The translations under genes were made by a program, and so were the position numbers. Shown in pieces: positions 54,598 through 64,000 of a DNA stretch of 64,000 nucleotides. This DNA comes from Octopus vulgaris (taxonomy: Eukaryota), in contig OX597822.1 in assembly GCA_951406725.2 (NCBI GenBank), positions 22,134,001-22,198,000 of the forward strand, in the 5' to 3' direction. The notes below the pieces were generated by a model that searched no databases, was not told the origin of the DNA, and worked only from the letters and a program-made list of their open reading frames with translations. Position 1 is the first letter of the stretch. Every line of letters begins with the position of its first letter.

Positions 54598-55783
54598 TTG
54601 GGTTGGCAACTAAGTTCCCACTGTTTTTTTTAAATTAAATATTTTTAAAAGGTTTAATAAAAAAAAAAATAACAACTAATTAATCAGTAATATATTCACC
54701 CTTGTTGTTTACAACTTCTTCCCAACGTTCAACAAGATTTTCAATACCTCATTGGTAGAAATCACCCAATTTTGACTTGAAAAATTGATCCATCCAAGCT
54801 CTCAATTCTGCATCAGTATTGAACAAAACTCTGCGCATAGCATTTGAAAGAGATCGAAAGAGATGGAAATCCATTGGTGCCAAATCAGGAGAGTATGGCG
54901 GGTGTGACAGTACTTCCCAGCCATGTGTTTGAATGGCTTCCTTGGTCATATTGGCGATGAGGCTGGGCGTTGTCGTACAGCAGAAGAACTCCATGTTGAG
55001 TCATTTCATCTGGTGAACATAGAATTCCATGTTGACCATTTGGTTCCGTTCAAGCAATTCATAATGGATAAGCCCTTCCCAGTCGCACCATATGCACAAC
55101 ATTATTTTACGCGGATAAAGATCTTGTTTCATGTCTGGTTTCGCTTGTTTACCGGGGCTAAGCCATTCCTTACACTGCTTCATATTAATGTACAGACACC
55201 ATTTTTCATCGCCAGTAATAAATCAGTAAAGAAATCGTTGCGTGTGTCCATGAGTTGAGCGGTGACAAGCAAGCAAACCAGCGGAGATTGTGGCTCGTTG
55301 ATTTTTGTTGTTGTCACTTAAAGCATGCGGAATCCATGCTCCATATTTCTGAACCTTTCCTTTCGAGTGAAGATGCTTCTCTATAGCAGTGTGGGGGGTA
55401 TTCCATTTTCTCTGCTAGTTCCCTTGCTGTTTGACAAGAATTTTCATGCAAAAATTTGGTTTAATCGCTCTTCATCGAACTCAACTGGACGGCCAAAATG
55501 AGGTGCGCCTTTGAGGTCAAAATTTCCATTTTTGAATTTGGCATACCAATCGCGAGTGGTTCTTTCCACTATGGTACCCTCTCCATACACAGCACAAATT
55601 TTGCGAGCAGCTTTTGAGGCCTTAGAACCTTGATTAAAAGCAAAAAGAAGGAGGTGTTGAAAATGCTCGTTTTTCTTAACTTGACATTCCATTTTAATGA
55701 TCTGAAAATAAACAAAAATTAACCAAAAAAAAAAATAGATTCCAAAATTTTATAAAACGGCAGGAACTTAGTTGCCAACCCAG
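54598..55783 (-). mobile_element. Mariner transposon (mellifera-like TIR), near full length, decayed
   Basis: TIRs TTGGGTTGGCAACTAAGTTCC / GGAACTTAGTTGCCAACCCAG, TA target duplication, HPPYSPDLAPMDFHLF, N-terminal HTH; frameshifts. Confidence 0.93.
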
Positions 55784-56978
55784 TACTAGATTTATAAACA
55801 TTCATATACTCTGCATATACTCTTTAAATATATATATTTATTTATCATCATCATTTAATATCCACCACTTACCATGTTGGCATGAGTAAGATGGCTTGAC
55901 AGGAAACTGGTGATGTAATGGAGCATCTTTTGGTAGAAGCTATAGCAGTGTTCATGAGTTATTTCATCAAACTTTTCAGGTATCAATTGGTGGGCTCTAC
56001 TGGACGAGTTAGATAAGATAGACCTGTATTCCCTGGCGGCTGATGTAGTTTAACTCTCTTTTTTTTCAAATCTTGAGCACCAATTGAAAAATTCAAATTT
56101 GATTGCAAAGAATTCAAATTTGATGGCAAAGAATCCAAATTAGATCAAAAACCTCTCTCTATATAAAATGTTATCCTCATCATTATTATCATTATTTAGC
56201 ATTGGTTTTCTATGCTTGCATAGGTTGCAAGGTTGGACTGAAGCAAATGAATTAAAAGACCAAGCTGTTCTTCAGTATCAGCTTCAGCAAGCTTTCTATA
56301 GATGAATGCCTTTCCTAACACCAGCCATTTTACTGAGTGTGCTGGATGCTTTGTGCACGGCATGAGCACTGTATACATTTGTGTTGATTAGAAATAACTA
56401 TCACTCAAACATGTTGTATTACTGGCATGACTATATTGGAGCCTGATCTTTTCCATCAATGATTGCCCATATCATTTTATTAGTCCTTTGTGTATAATTT
56501 GTAACATTAACATTCCTAAATCCATTTACTTTCAAAGCTTTCTCAGTTCCAGAATCAAATATCAATACAATGACATGCTTTCACATACCCTGACATGGGT
56601 CACAAAGGATTAAAGGAAGTGCTTTTTTAATTTTCTTTTGTCAGTGGTGGTTTTAAAATTTATTCAACAATCAAGTTTGCTAGAGAAATCAGCCCCAAAA
56701 TCCTTAACAACCCAGTGCAGGATATGTGAAAATATTATTCCACAATCCATCAGAGGAAGAGCTTATTTAGTTTTGAAATATTAATGGGCAATGGATTTAA
56801 GAATACTTATGATTCAAATGAGCATGAAGGTCTGATCAGGAAATATCTGTAGCTATATATCTCTGTCTGTCTGTCTGTCATGCCAGTCTTCTCTTGTCTT
56901 TCTGTCCATATATCTGTCTCTCTGTCTGTCTATAAAACTAGCTAGCTGTCTGTCTATCTGGCTTTCTCTCTCTGTCTC

Positions 56979-57034
<56 letters not shown>

Positions 57035-57302
57035 TAGGGAGTATAACTCCAAACTTACAGGGAAAAATTCAATTTAGTATTATATGTTTTAGAATATATT
57101 TTATTTATGATTTGGTTTATGTCTATCATTACTTGAATTGCATAATAGTGGTTTTTTTCTAATTTATGTATATATATATATATTGAGGTTATGAGAGGTA
57201 ATGGTGTCAAGAAGACCCAAACATCATACATATATATAAAAAAATTTACAGAATGAGATAAAAATCCAAGGCCGTGAAAGATTTCCAAACATTTATAAAT
57301 AG

Positions 57303-57348
57303 GTCTTACATCTGTTTCCGGGATATTTTATATCTCTTTATCGGAGAC
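57303..57348 (-). ncRNA. Decayed hammerhead in pLTR
   Basis: GUCU-CCGAUAA-stem II-GAAAC-AGAU-GUA-AGAC. With the mirror copy the consensus is GUCU CCGAUGA..GAAAC AGCU GUA AGAC. Confidence 0.6.
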
Positions 57349-58336
57349 GGTGTGAGAAATTGGTTAAGCAATACTTATTGTAGATAAGATATGAAATAGA
57401 GAGTGAAGTGGAGGAATGAAAATAGATGTGAGACATGCAGGGATATTGTATCTGCAGTTCCATTATTTAGGCAGAATGGTATACATATAAGATTCCTGTA
57501 CCTTGTGAGTAAGTTCCAATCGTATTTGAAATTAGTCATTCCAAGCATTGTTATTGAATGGAGGTTTTTTTTAAGTGACTTGCATACATACATAGACACA
57601 CACACTCACACACACATACACACACACACAAACACACATACACACACATACATACAAATACAATTAAATGATTGTGATATTCAAGTATGAAAGAGGAATT
57701 AGATAGGAATTAGGAGTTAAAATGTAGATTTATAAGGTTATTGGGATTACCTAAGGGGTATTGTGGAAATATTACTGCATGGTCATTTAGGCATTTGGAT
57801 TTGTGGTAGAATTTGAATGTGTAAAAAAAAGCAGTGGTTGCATGTGCTTAGTGCCTCATTATGTTTATTTAGCAGTGTTGGAGAGTTGTGCTTTAATACA
57901 TGAAGTGCTTCCTTCAGGCAAAACTTTCAGGTTGACCATTAACCTCGGTAGGGAAGCCCTGAATCCAGTATGGACCATGATAAAGTATAGGGTATATTTG
58001 TATTTTTGAGATGATGTATGTAGTTGGCAAGTGTTGTAGATTTGCTATGTTTATTGTAACTAAAAGAATGGAGGTGAGTGGTATATCATTGCTTAAAAGT
58101 TTGGGTTGATCCTATGAATATGGCTGTAGGGTTGTGTAATAGATTAAGGACAGTGCATTTGTAAATTACATTATATCTTCTGCAGTATATTTCCACAATA
58201 CCCCTTAGGTAATCCCGATAACCTTATAAATCTACATTTTAACTCCTAATCCCTATCTAATTTCTCTTTCATACTTGAATATCACAATCATTTAATTGTA
58301 TTTGTATGTATGTATGTGCATATGTACGTGTGTGTA

Positions 58337-58369
<33 letters not shown>

Positions 58370-59139
58370 ATACAAGGTATATATACCTGCATATATACAT
58401 ATACTTATGAGTACATGTTGTATGTGTAGGTGCTGATGTGCATAATGTAGGTGCTGATGTGTATAAATATCTATATACATGTTTAATATATGCATGTGTA
58501 TACATCTTCACATATATTTTCTTCTACTACTAAGCACTGACCTGTCCACTAAGCAACCTAACCTATATTCCCAAATTCTTCATTCCACCATTTTACTACC
58601 ACTACCCCCTCTCTCTGCCCCTCGCTTAGGTTCTATCACTAACTACCTGTCACTCCTTTACTCTTTACTCTCTCATCTTTTTACACTCTCATATCTTTCT
58701 CTTTCTATCACCCTCACCTCTCCATTCCTTCCATCAAATTATCCTGACTGACCACTAACCAGTACACTCTTCCTCTCTCCATTTCTTTATTATCTCTCTC
58801 CCAGCTTTTCTTTTTCTTTATCCTTTTTTCTTTTCTTTTTTCCTCTCTTCTTGTTTTTGATTTGACCTTACAAACACATTCCCAACTTTTAAGTCACTTC
58901 AAAAAAAACCTCCATTCAATAACACCGTTCACAAACTCTATGCTTGGAATGACTAATTTCAAATACGATTGGAACTTACTCACAAGGTACAGGAATCTTA
59001 TATGTATACAATTCTGCCTAAATAATGGAACTGCAGATACAATATCCCTGCATATCTCACATCTATTTTCATTCCTCCACTTCACTCTCTATTTCATATC
59101 TTATCCAGAATAAGTATTGCTTAACCATTTTCTCACACC

Positions 59140-59187
59140 GTCTCCAATGAAGGGATATATAAAATATACTGGAAACAGCTATAAGAC
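59140..59187 (+). ncRNA. Decayed hammerhead, mirror pLTR copy
   Basis: GUCU-CCAAUGA-AGGGAUAU..AUAUACUG-GAAAC-AGCU-AUA-AGAC. Confidence 0.55.
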
Positions 59188-59304
59188 CTTCTATTTATAA
59201 ATGTTCTGAAATCTTTCACAGCCTTGGATTTTTATCTCATTCTGTAAATTTGTATATATATATATGATATATACATATATATATATGTATATATATATAT
59301 ATCA

Positions 59305-59669
59305 TTATGAATAATACAGTGATTGCTTCTTGTCAGGAACACAAAGATTAATAGGACTGCTATAGAAGTGCTCTATTGAAAGAGACAAAAATATCAAAAC
59401 TAAAGTTATTGAACAAACAAAGGTAAGGTCATTCGCATATCATTTCATAATTCGAACATTTAATCACAGAATATACATATAAACATCCCCCAAGATGGAA
59501 CATAATTCATCTGTACAAGCATACAAGCATATAATAATAATAGGGTGCGAGGAAAAAATTTTTTCATCACAGTTTAGAGTTAATATTTTAGCGATTCAGA
59601 AAAATACCTAGAAAGTAAAAATATAATATAAAGTAACATATAAAAATATATAGGTATATAAAAATATAT

Positions 59670-59728
<59 letters not shown>

Positions 59729-59955
59729 CATATAAAAAATATATAATATATATCATGAAAATAAAATAAAAGTTCATCGTTTAGAAATTTTTTTCTCGCA
59801 CCTTATTATTATTATTATATGCTTGTATGCTTGTACAGATGAATTATGTTCCATCTTGCGGGATGTTTATATGTATATTCTGTGATTAAATGTTCGAATT
59901 ATGAAATGATATGCGGTTGACCTTGCCTTTGTTTGTTCAATAACTTTAGTTTTGA
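59305..59955. mobile_element. Fold-back element with ~165-bp inverted arms between TA tracts
   Basis: ~59393-59560 is the reverse complement of ~59786-59956; extra left tail; same layout as the other pLTR-like elements. Confidence 0.65.
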
Positions 59956-59989
59956 TATATATATATATATACACACATAATACATACAT

Positions 59990-60033
<44 letters not shown>

Positions 60034-60096
60034 ATGCATACATATCATATATATATATACACATAATACATACATATCATATATATATATATATAA

Positions 60097-62442
60097 TCAT
60101 CATCATCATCATCATCGTCCGTTCTCCATGCTAGCATGGGTTGGACGGTTCGACCGGGGTTCTGGGAAGCCAGAAGGCTGCACCAGGCTCCAGTCTAATC
60201 TGGCAATGTTTCTACAGCTGGATGCCCTTCCTAACGCCAACCACTCTGTGAGTGTAGTGGGTGCTTTTTACGTGCCACCTGCACAGGTGCCAGGCGAGGC
60301 TGGCAATGGCCACGGTCGGATTGGTGTATTTTATGTGCCACCGGCACGGAGGCCAGTCGAAGCGGCGCTGGCATCGGCCATGAGTCGGATAGTGCTTTTT
60401 ACGTACCACCAGACCAGGGATCCTGGCTGGTTCAATTCGGTTTCGATTTCGCTTGCCCCAACATGTCTTCGCAAGCAGAGGGGGTTGGCATGGGTGTCTG
60501 TCGTCGGATGAGGTTCTATATCGACTTCGCTTGCCTCAACAGGTCTTTGTGTCCAAGGGAGGAAAGGCATTCATAAGTGGGCTGGGCTCACTTGTCCTGC
60601 CTGGTCTTCTCACGTACAGAATATTTCCAAAGGTCTCGGTCGCTGGTCATTTCCTCAGTGAGGCCTAAAGTTCGAAGGTCGTGCTTCACCACCTCGTCCC
60701 AGGTTTTCCTGGGTCTACCTCTTCCACAGGTTCCCTCAACTGCTAGGGATTGGCACTTTCTCACACACCTATCTTCATCCATTCTCGCCACATGACCATA
60801 CCAGCGCAATCGTCTCTCTTGCACACCACAACTGATGCTTCTTAGGTACAACATTTCTCTCAAGGTGCTAACGCTCTGTCGAGTATGTACACTAACATTA
60901 CACATCCATCGGAGCATACTGGCTTCATTCCTCACGAGCTTACGCATGTCCTCAGCAGTCACGGCCCATGTTTCACTGCCATGTAGCATGGCTGTTCGTA
61001 CACACGCATCATACAGTCTGCCTTTTACTCTGAGCGAGAGGCCTTTAGTCACCAGCAGAGGTAAGAGCTCCCTAAACTTTGCCCAGGCTATTCTTATTCT
61101 AGCAGTTACACTTTCAGCGCACCCACCCCCACTACTGACTTGGTCACCTAGATAACAGAAGCTATCAACTACTTCTAGTTTTTCCCCCTGGAAAGTGACG
61201 GAAGTTGTTTTCTGCAGATTTTCGGAGGTTAATGCTCCCGAGCATCTGCCACATACAAAAACTATCTTCCCAGTTAGCCTACCTTTGACATTGCTGCACC
61301 TCTTATGTGTCCATAGCTTACACTGGGTACATCTTATAGAGTTTCTACCTACACCTTTTCTACAGATCGAGCAGGGCCATCTTCCTGAAGACATTTGTGG
61401 ATTGTCTACCTTCCTACTTATTAGTACTTTGGTTTTAGCTAGGTTGACTCTAAGGCCCCTCGATTCTAAACCCTCCTTCCACACCTGGAACTTCTCCTCC
61501 AGTTCTGATAGTGACTCAACAATAAGAGCAAGGTCGTCAGCGTAGAGGAGCTCCCAGGGACAGCCTGTCTTGAATTCCTCCGTAATTGCCTGGAGTACTA
61601 TGATAAATAGGAGGGGGCTGAGTACTGAACCCTGGTGGACCCCAACCTCTACTTTGAATTCTTCTGTGTACATGTTGCCAACCCTAACCTTACTTACGGC
61701 ATCTCTGTACATGGCTTGTACAGTCCTCACCAGCCATTCATCTATCCCTAGTTTCCTCATTGACCACCAGATAAGGGATCAGGGGACCCTATCAAAAGCT
61801 TTCTCCATGTCAACGAAAGCCAGGTACAGGGGCTTATCTTTGGCTAGGTATTTCTCCTGCAGCTGCCTTACCAGGAATATAGCATCAGTGATACTTTTCC
61901 CTGGCACGAACCCAAACTGCATCTCATCTAAACTAACTCTCTCTCTAATTAGTTGGGCTATGACCCTCTCCGTAACCTTCATTACTTGATCCAACAGCTT
62001 GATACCTCTGTAATTATTTGTATCTAGGGCATCACCTTTACCTTTGTAGCAGTTGACTAGTATGCTGCTGCACCAGTCATTGGGTATGACTCCTTCGTGT
62101 ATCACCTGGTTGACTATACGGGTGACTAGGTTATAGCCGACACTGCCAGATATTTTGAGCATCTCTGCAGTAATTCCTGATGGGCCTGGGGCTTTCCTTG
62201 TCTTCATGCTTCTAATTGCCTTAGCTACCACGGAACTATCAACTCAGATAGCTGGTCCCTCTGTTGGGTCAACATTCGGCAGACTCTCTTTATCCCATTC
62301 ATTTTCTTTATTCAGCAACCTTTCATAGTGGCATCTCCAAACCTCTCTCTTTGCATCCTCATTTAGCGCAAGTGAACCATCATCCATGCGAACACACTTC
62401 TCTCCTACCACATCACGATTCTCTCTCACACACTGTCTTGCA
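60097..62442 (-). mobile_element. RTE-clade LINE, 5'-truncated, young
   Basis: RT motifs KAPGPSGI, NYRGIKLL, FVDMEKAFDRVP, GVHQGSVLSPLLF, LLYADDL, FCYLGD, MLHGSETW, GRGRPRKTW; 3' UTR and (TGA)n tail at 60097-60116; two in-frame TGA stops. Confidence 0.95.
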
Positions 62443-62478
62443 TATATAAATATATATATACACACATAATACATGCAT

Positions 62479-62515
<37 letters not shown>

Positions 62516-62795
62516 CATATATCAATCTACCTTCTATCTACCTAAATATACATATACATGCCTACACATTAACCTATTCACTCATCTGCCTAACTAAGTC
62601 CTTACTCATCTACACACAAATTTGCCTACCCACCTATGTTATCATCTACCTACCACTCTACTTACTTACCAATACCAGTGGTAGTTAGATAAAGAGATAG
62701 GTAGGTGATTACGTAGGTAGGTGGGTAATTTTGTAGATGGATAGTTTAGGAGTTAGAGTGATAGGTAAGTGAATAGATTGATTTATATGTAGGTA

Positions 62796-63702
62796 CTAGG
62801 TGGCATCAAAACGTTCCCAGACTAGTTCTGTAGCACACCAACAGATGACAGCTCATTCTTGCAGAGTGAGAGGTAACAGTGACCTTCATGAGGCAATGTT
62901 CCAGTGATATCACTGTGTCTACATCACAACTTGTGAAATTTATGTTTCTGTGATCACATGTATGGTGTAGTGTACAATATTTGCCGTGGACAGAAAGTTG
63001 GAACAAAGAGCCAACATGAAATTTTGCGTAAAACACAGGAAGTCTGCTACAGAGACATTAAGTATGCTTCAGCAAGGTTATAGTGATGAGGCAATGATTG
63101 AGTTGTATGCAATGTTTCAAGTAACACAGGTGCTTCAAAATGGAAGAAAGTCCCTGGAAGACAATGAGCAATCCCGAAGGCCTCCCATGAGTGTTGCCTC
63201 TGGAAACGTAGGGAAAATTCTTCAGTTTGTGCATGAAGATTGTCAGTGGATAATCAACAATGTTTTAAAGTGTTTGAGTGGGGACGGTTGACAAAATCAA
63301 TGAGATCTGTGGAGCATGACGAATTGGATTCTTCACATCTATGCACCCTGTCACCAAGCTTTCCTCACTTGTGAGTTTTTCACCAAAAACTGTATGGTAT
63401 CACTTCTGCAGCCACCCTATTCGCCAGATTTAGCTCCTGTATACTTCCATCTCTTTCCCAAGATGAAAAGGCAGCTCAATGGTCAGCATTATAACATTGT
63501 CGAAATCAAGAACGAATTGCAGAATGTTCTTGACTTGCTTACAGAAAACAACTTCCAGGTCAGATTCCAAAACTGGCAGCAACACTAGGACTGGTGTATT
63601 GCTGCCAAGGTGAGTATTTCAAAGGAGATGATGTTAAAACTTAGGTAAATAAGTTATTTCTTATTAAGCTTTAAAGTCTGGGCACTTTCTGGTACCACCT
63701 CG
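62796..63702 (+). mobile_element. Mariner transposon, internally deleted
   Basis: Imperfect ~28-bp TIRs; EQRANMKFCVK HTH joined to PPYSPDLAP..FHLFPKMK; central region absent. Confidence 0.88.
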
Positions 63703-63781
63703 CAGGTAGGTTATTGGGTACACAGGTGGGTAGGTTGGTGGTTACATAGGTTAGTAAGCAGGTAGCTAGGTGTTTGTGGAT

Positions 63782-63906
63782 GTGGGTACATGGATAGCTA
63801 GAATGTTTGGGGAGGTGGGTACATGGATAGCTAGAGTGTTTGGGGAGGTGGGTACATGGATAGCTAGAGTGTTTGGGGAGGTGGGTACATGGATAGCTAG
63901 AGTGTT
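63782..63906 (+). repeat. 33-bp minisatellite, ~3.8 copies
   Basis: GTGGGTACATGGATAGCTAGAGTGTTTGGGGAG at 63782, 63815, 63848 and 63881 (partial). Confidence 0.92.
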
Positions 63907-64000
63907 CGTTAGATAGATTGGTGGGTAGGTTAGTAAGTTACTAGCTAGGAAGATAGATAGATAGACAGATAGGTAGGTACATTATTTCATTATTTAGTTT

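Larger units (their letters stand above)
57030..59252 (-). mobile_element. Older Naiad-type PLE remnant with nested inverted pLTR segments
   Basis: Decayed minus-strand GIY-YIG ~57830-58175 (NVIYKC..IFIGSTQTFKQ*Y..H..SF..STTLANYI..LK..YTLSWSIL..PY..*KFCLKE..LLNKHNE..CNH). Inverted arms ~57242-57582/58891-59250 and ~57640-57779/58181-58320. TA flanks. Confidence 0.8.

Noticed and set aside
59545-59610. Possible minus-strand hammerhead (CUGA-AUCGC...GUGAU-GAAA)
   Set aside because: The core lacks NGA and stem I does not pair; at best a remnant.
63782-63906. CRISPR-like regular repeat
   Set aside because: Contiguous near-identical units without unique spacers; a eukaryotic minisatellite.

Overview
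AT-rich, microsatellite-dense animal genomic DNA. The repeat complement suggests a cephalopod, probably Octopus; this is inference. Most of the window looks intronic. One clear plus-strand exon of an M1-family aminopeptidase (44292-44423) and a probable in-phase 27-nt microexon (50228-50254) are visible. The rest is transposon-derived: RTE LINEs with a PHD-like finger inside ORF2, several tRNA-derived SINE families, an internally deleted Gypsy element, two mariners, a decayed hAT, MITEs, a non-autonomous Helitron and several Naiad-type Penelope-like elements (PLEs). The most notable signal is a set of elements sitting in (TA)n tracts that carry hammerhead ribozyme motifs. These include canonical type I hammerheads in PLE pseudo-LTRs and fold-back elements, and a 352-bp retrozyme-like unit. 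Two diverged copies (6993-7067, 23343-23415) carry a hammerhead whose strands are in a non-circularly permuted order, with a canonical kink-turn and compensatory changes between the copies. Nearly all short ORFs in the supplied track are microsatellite or antisense artefacts. All folds and alignments were done by eye.
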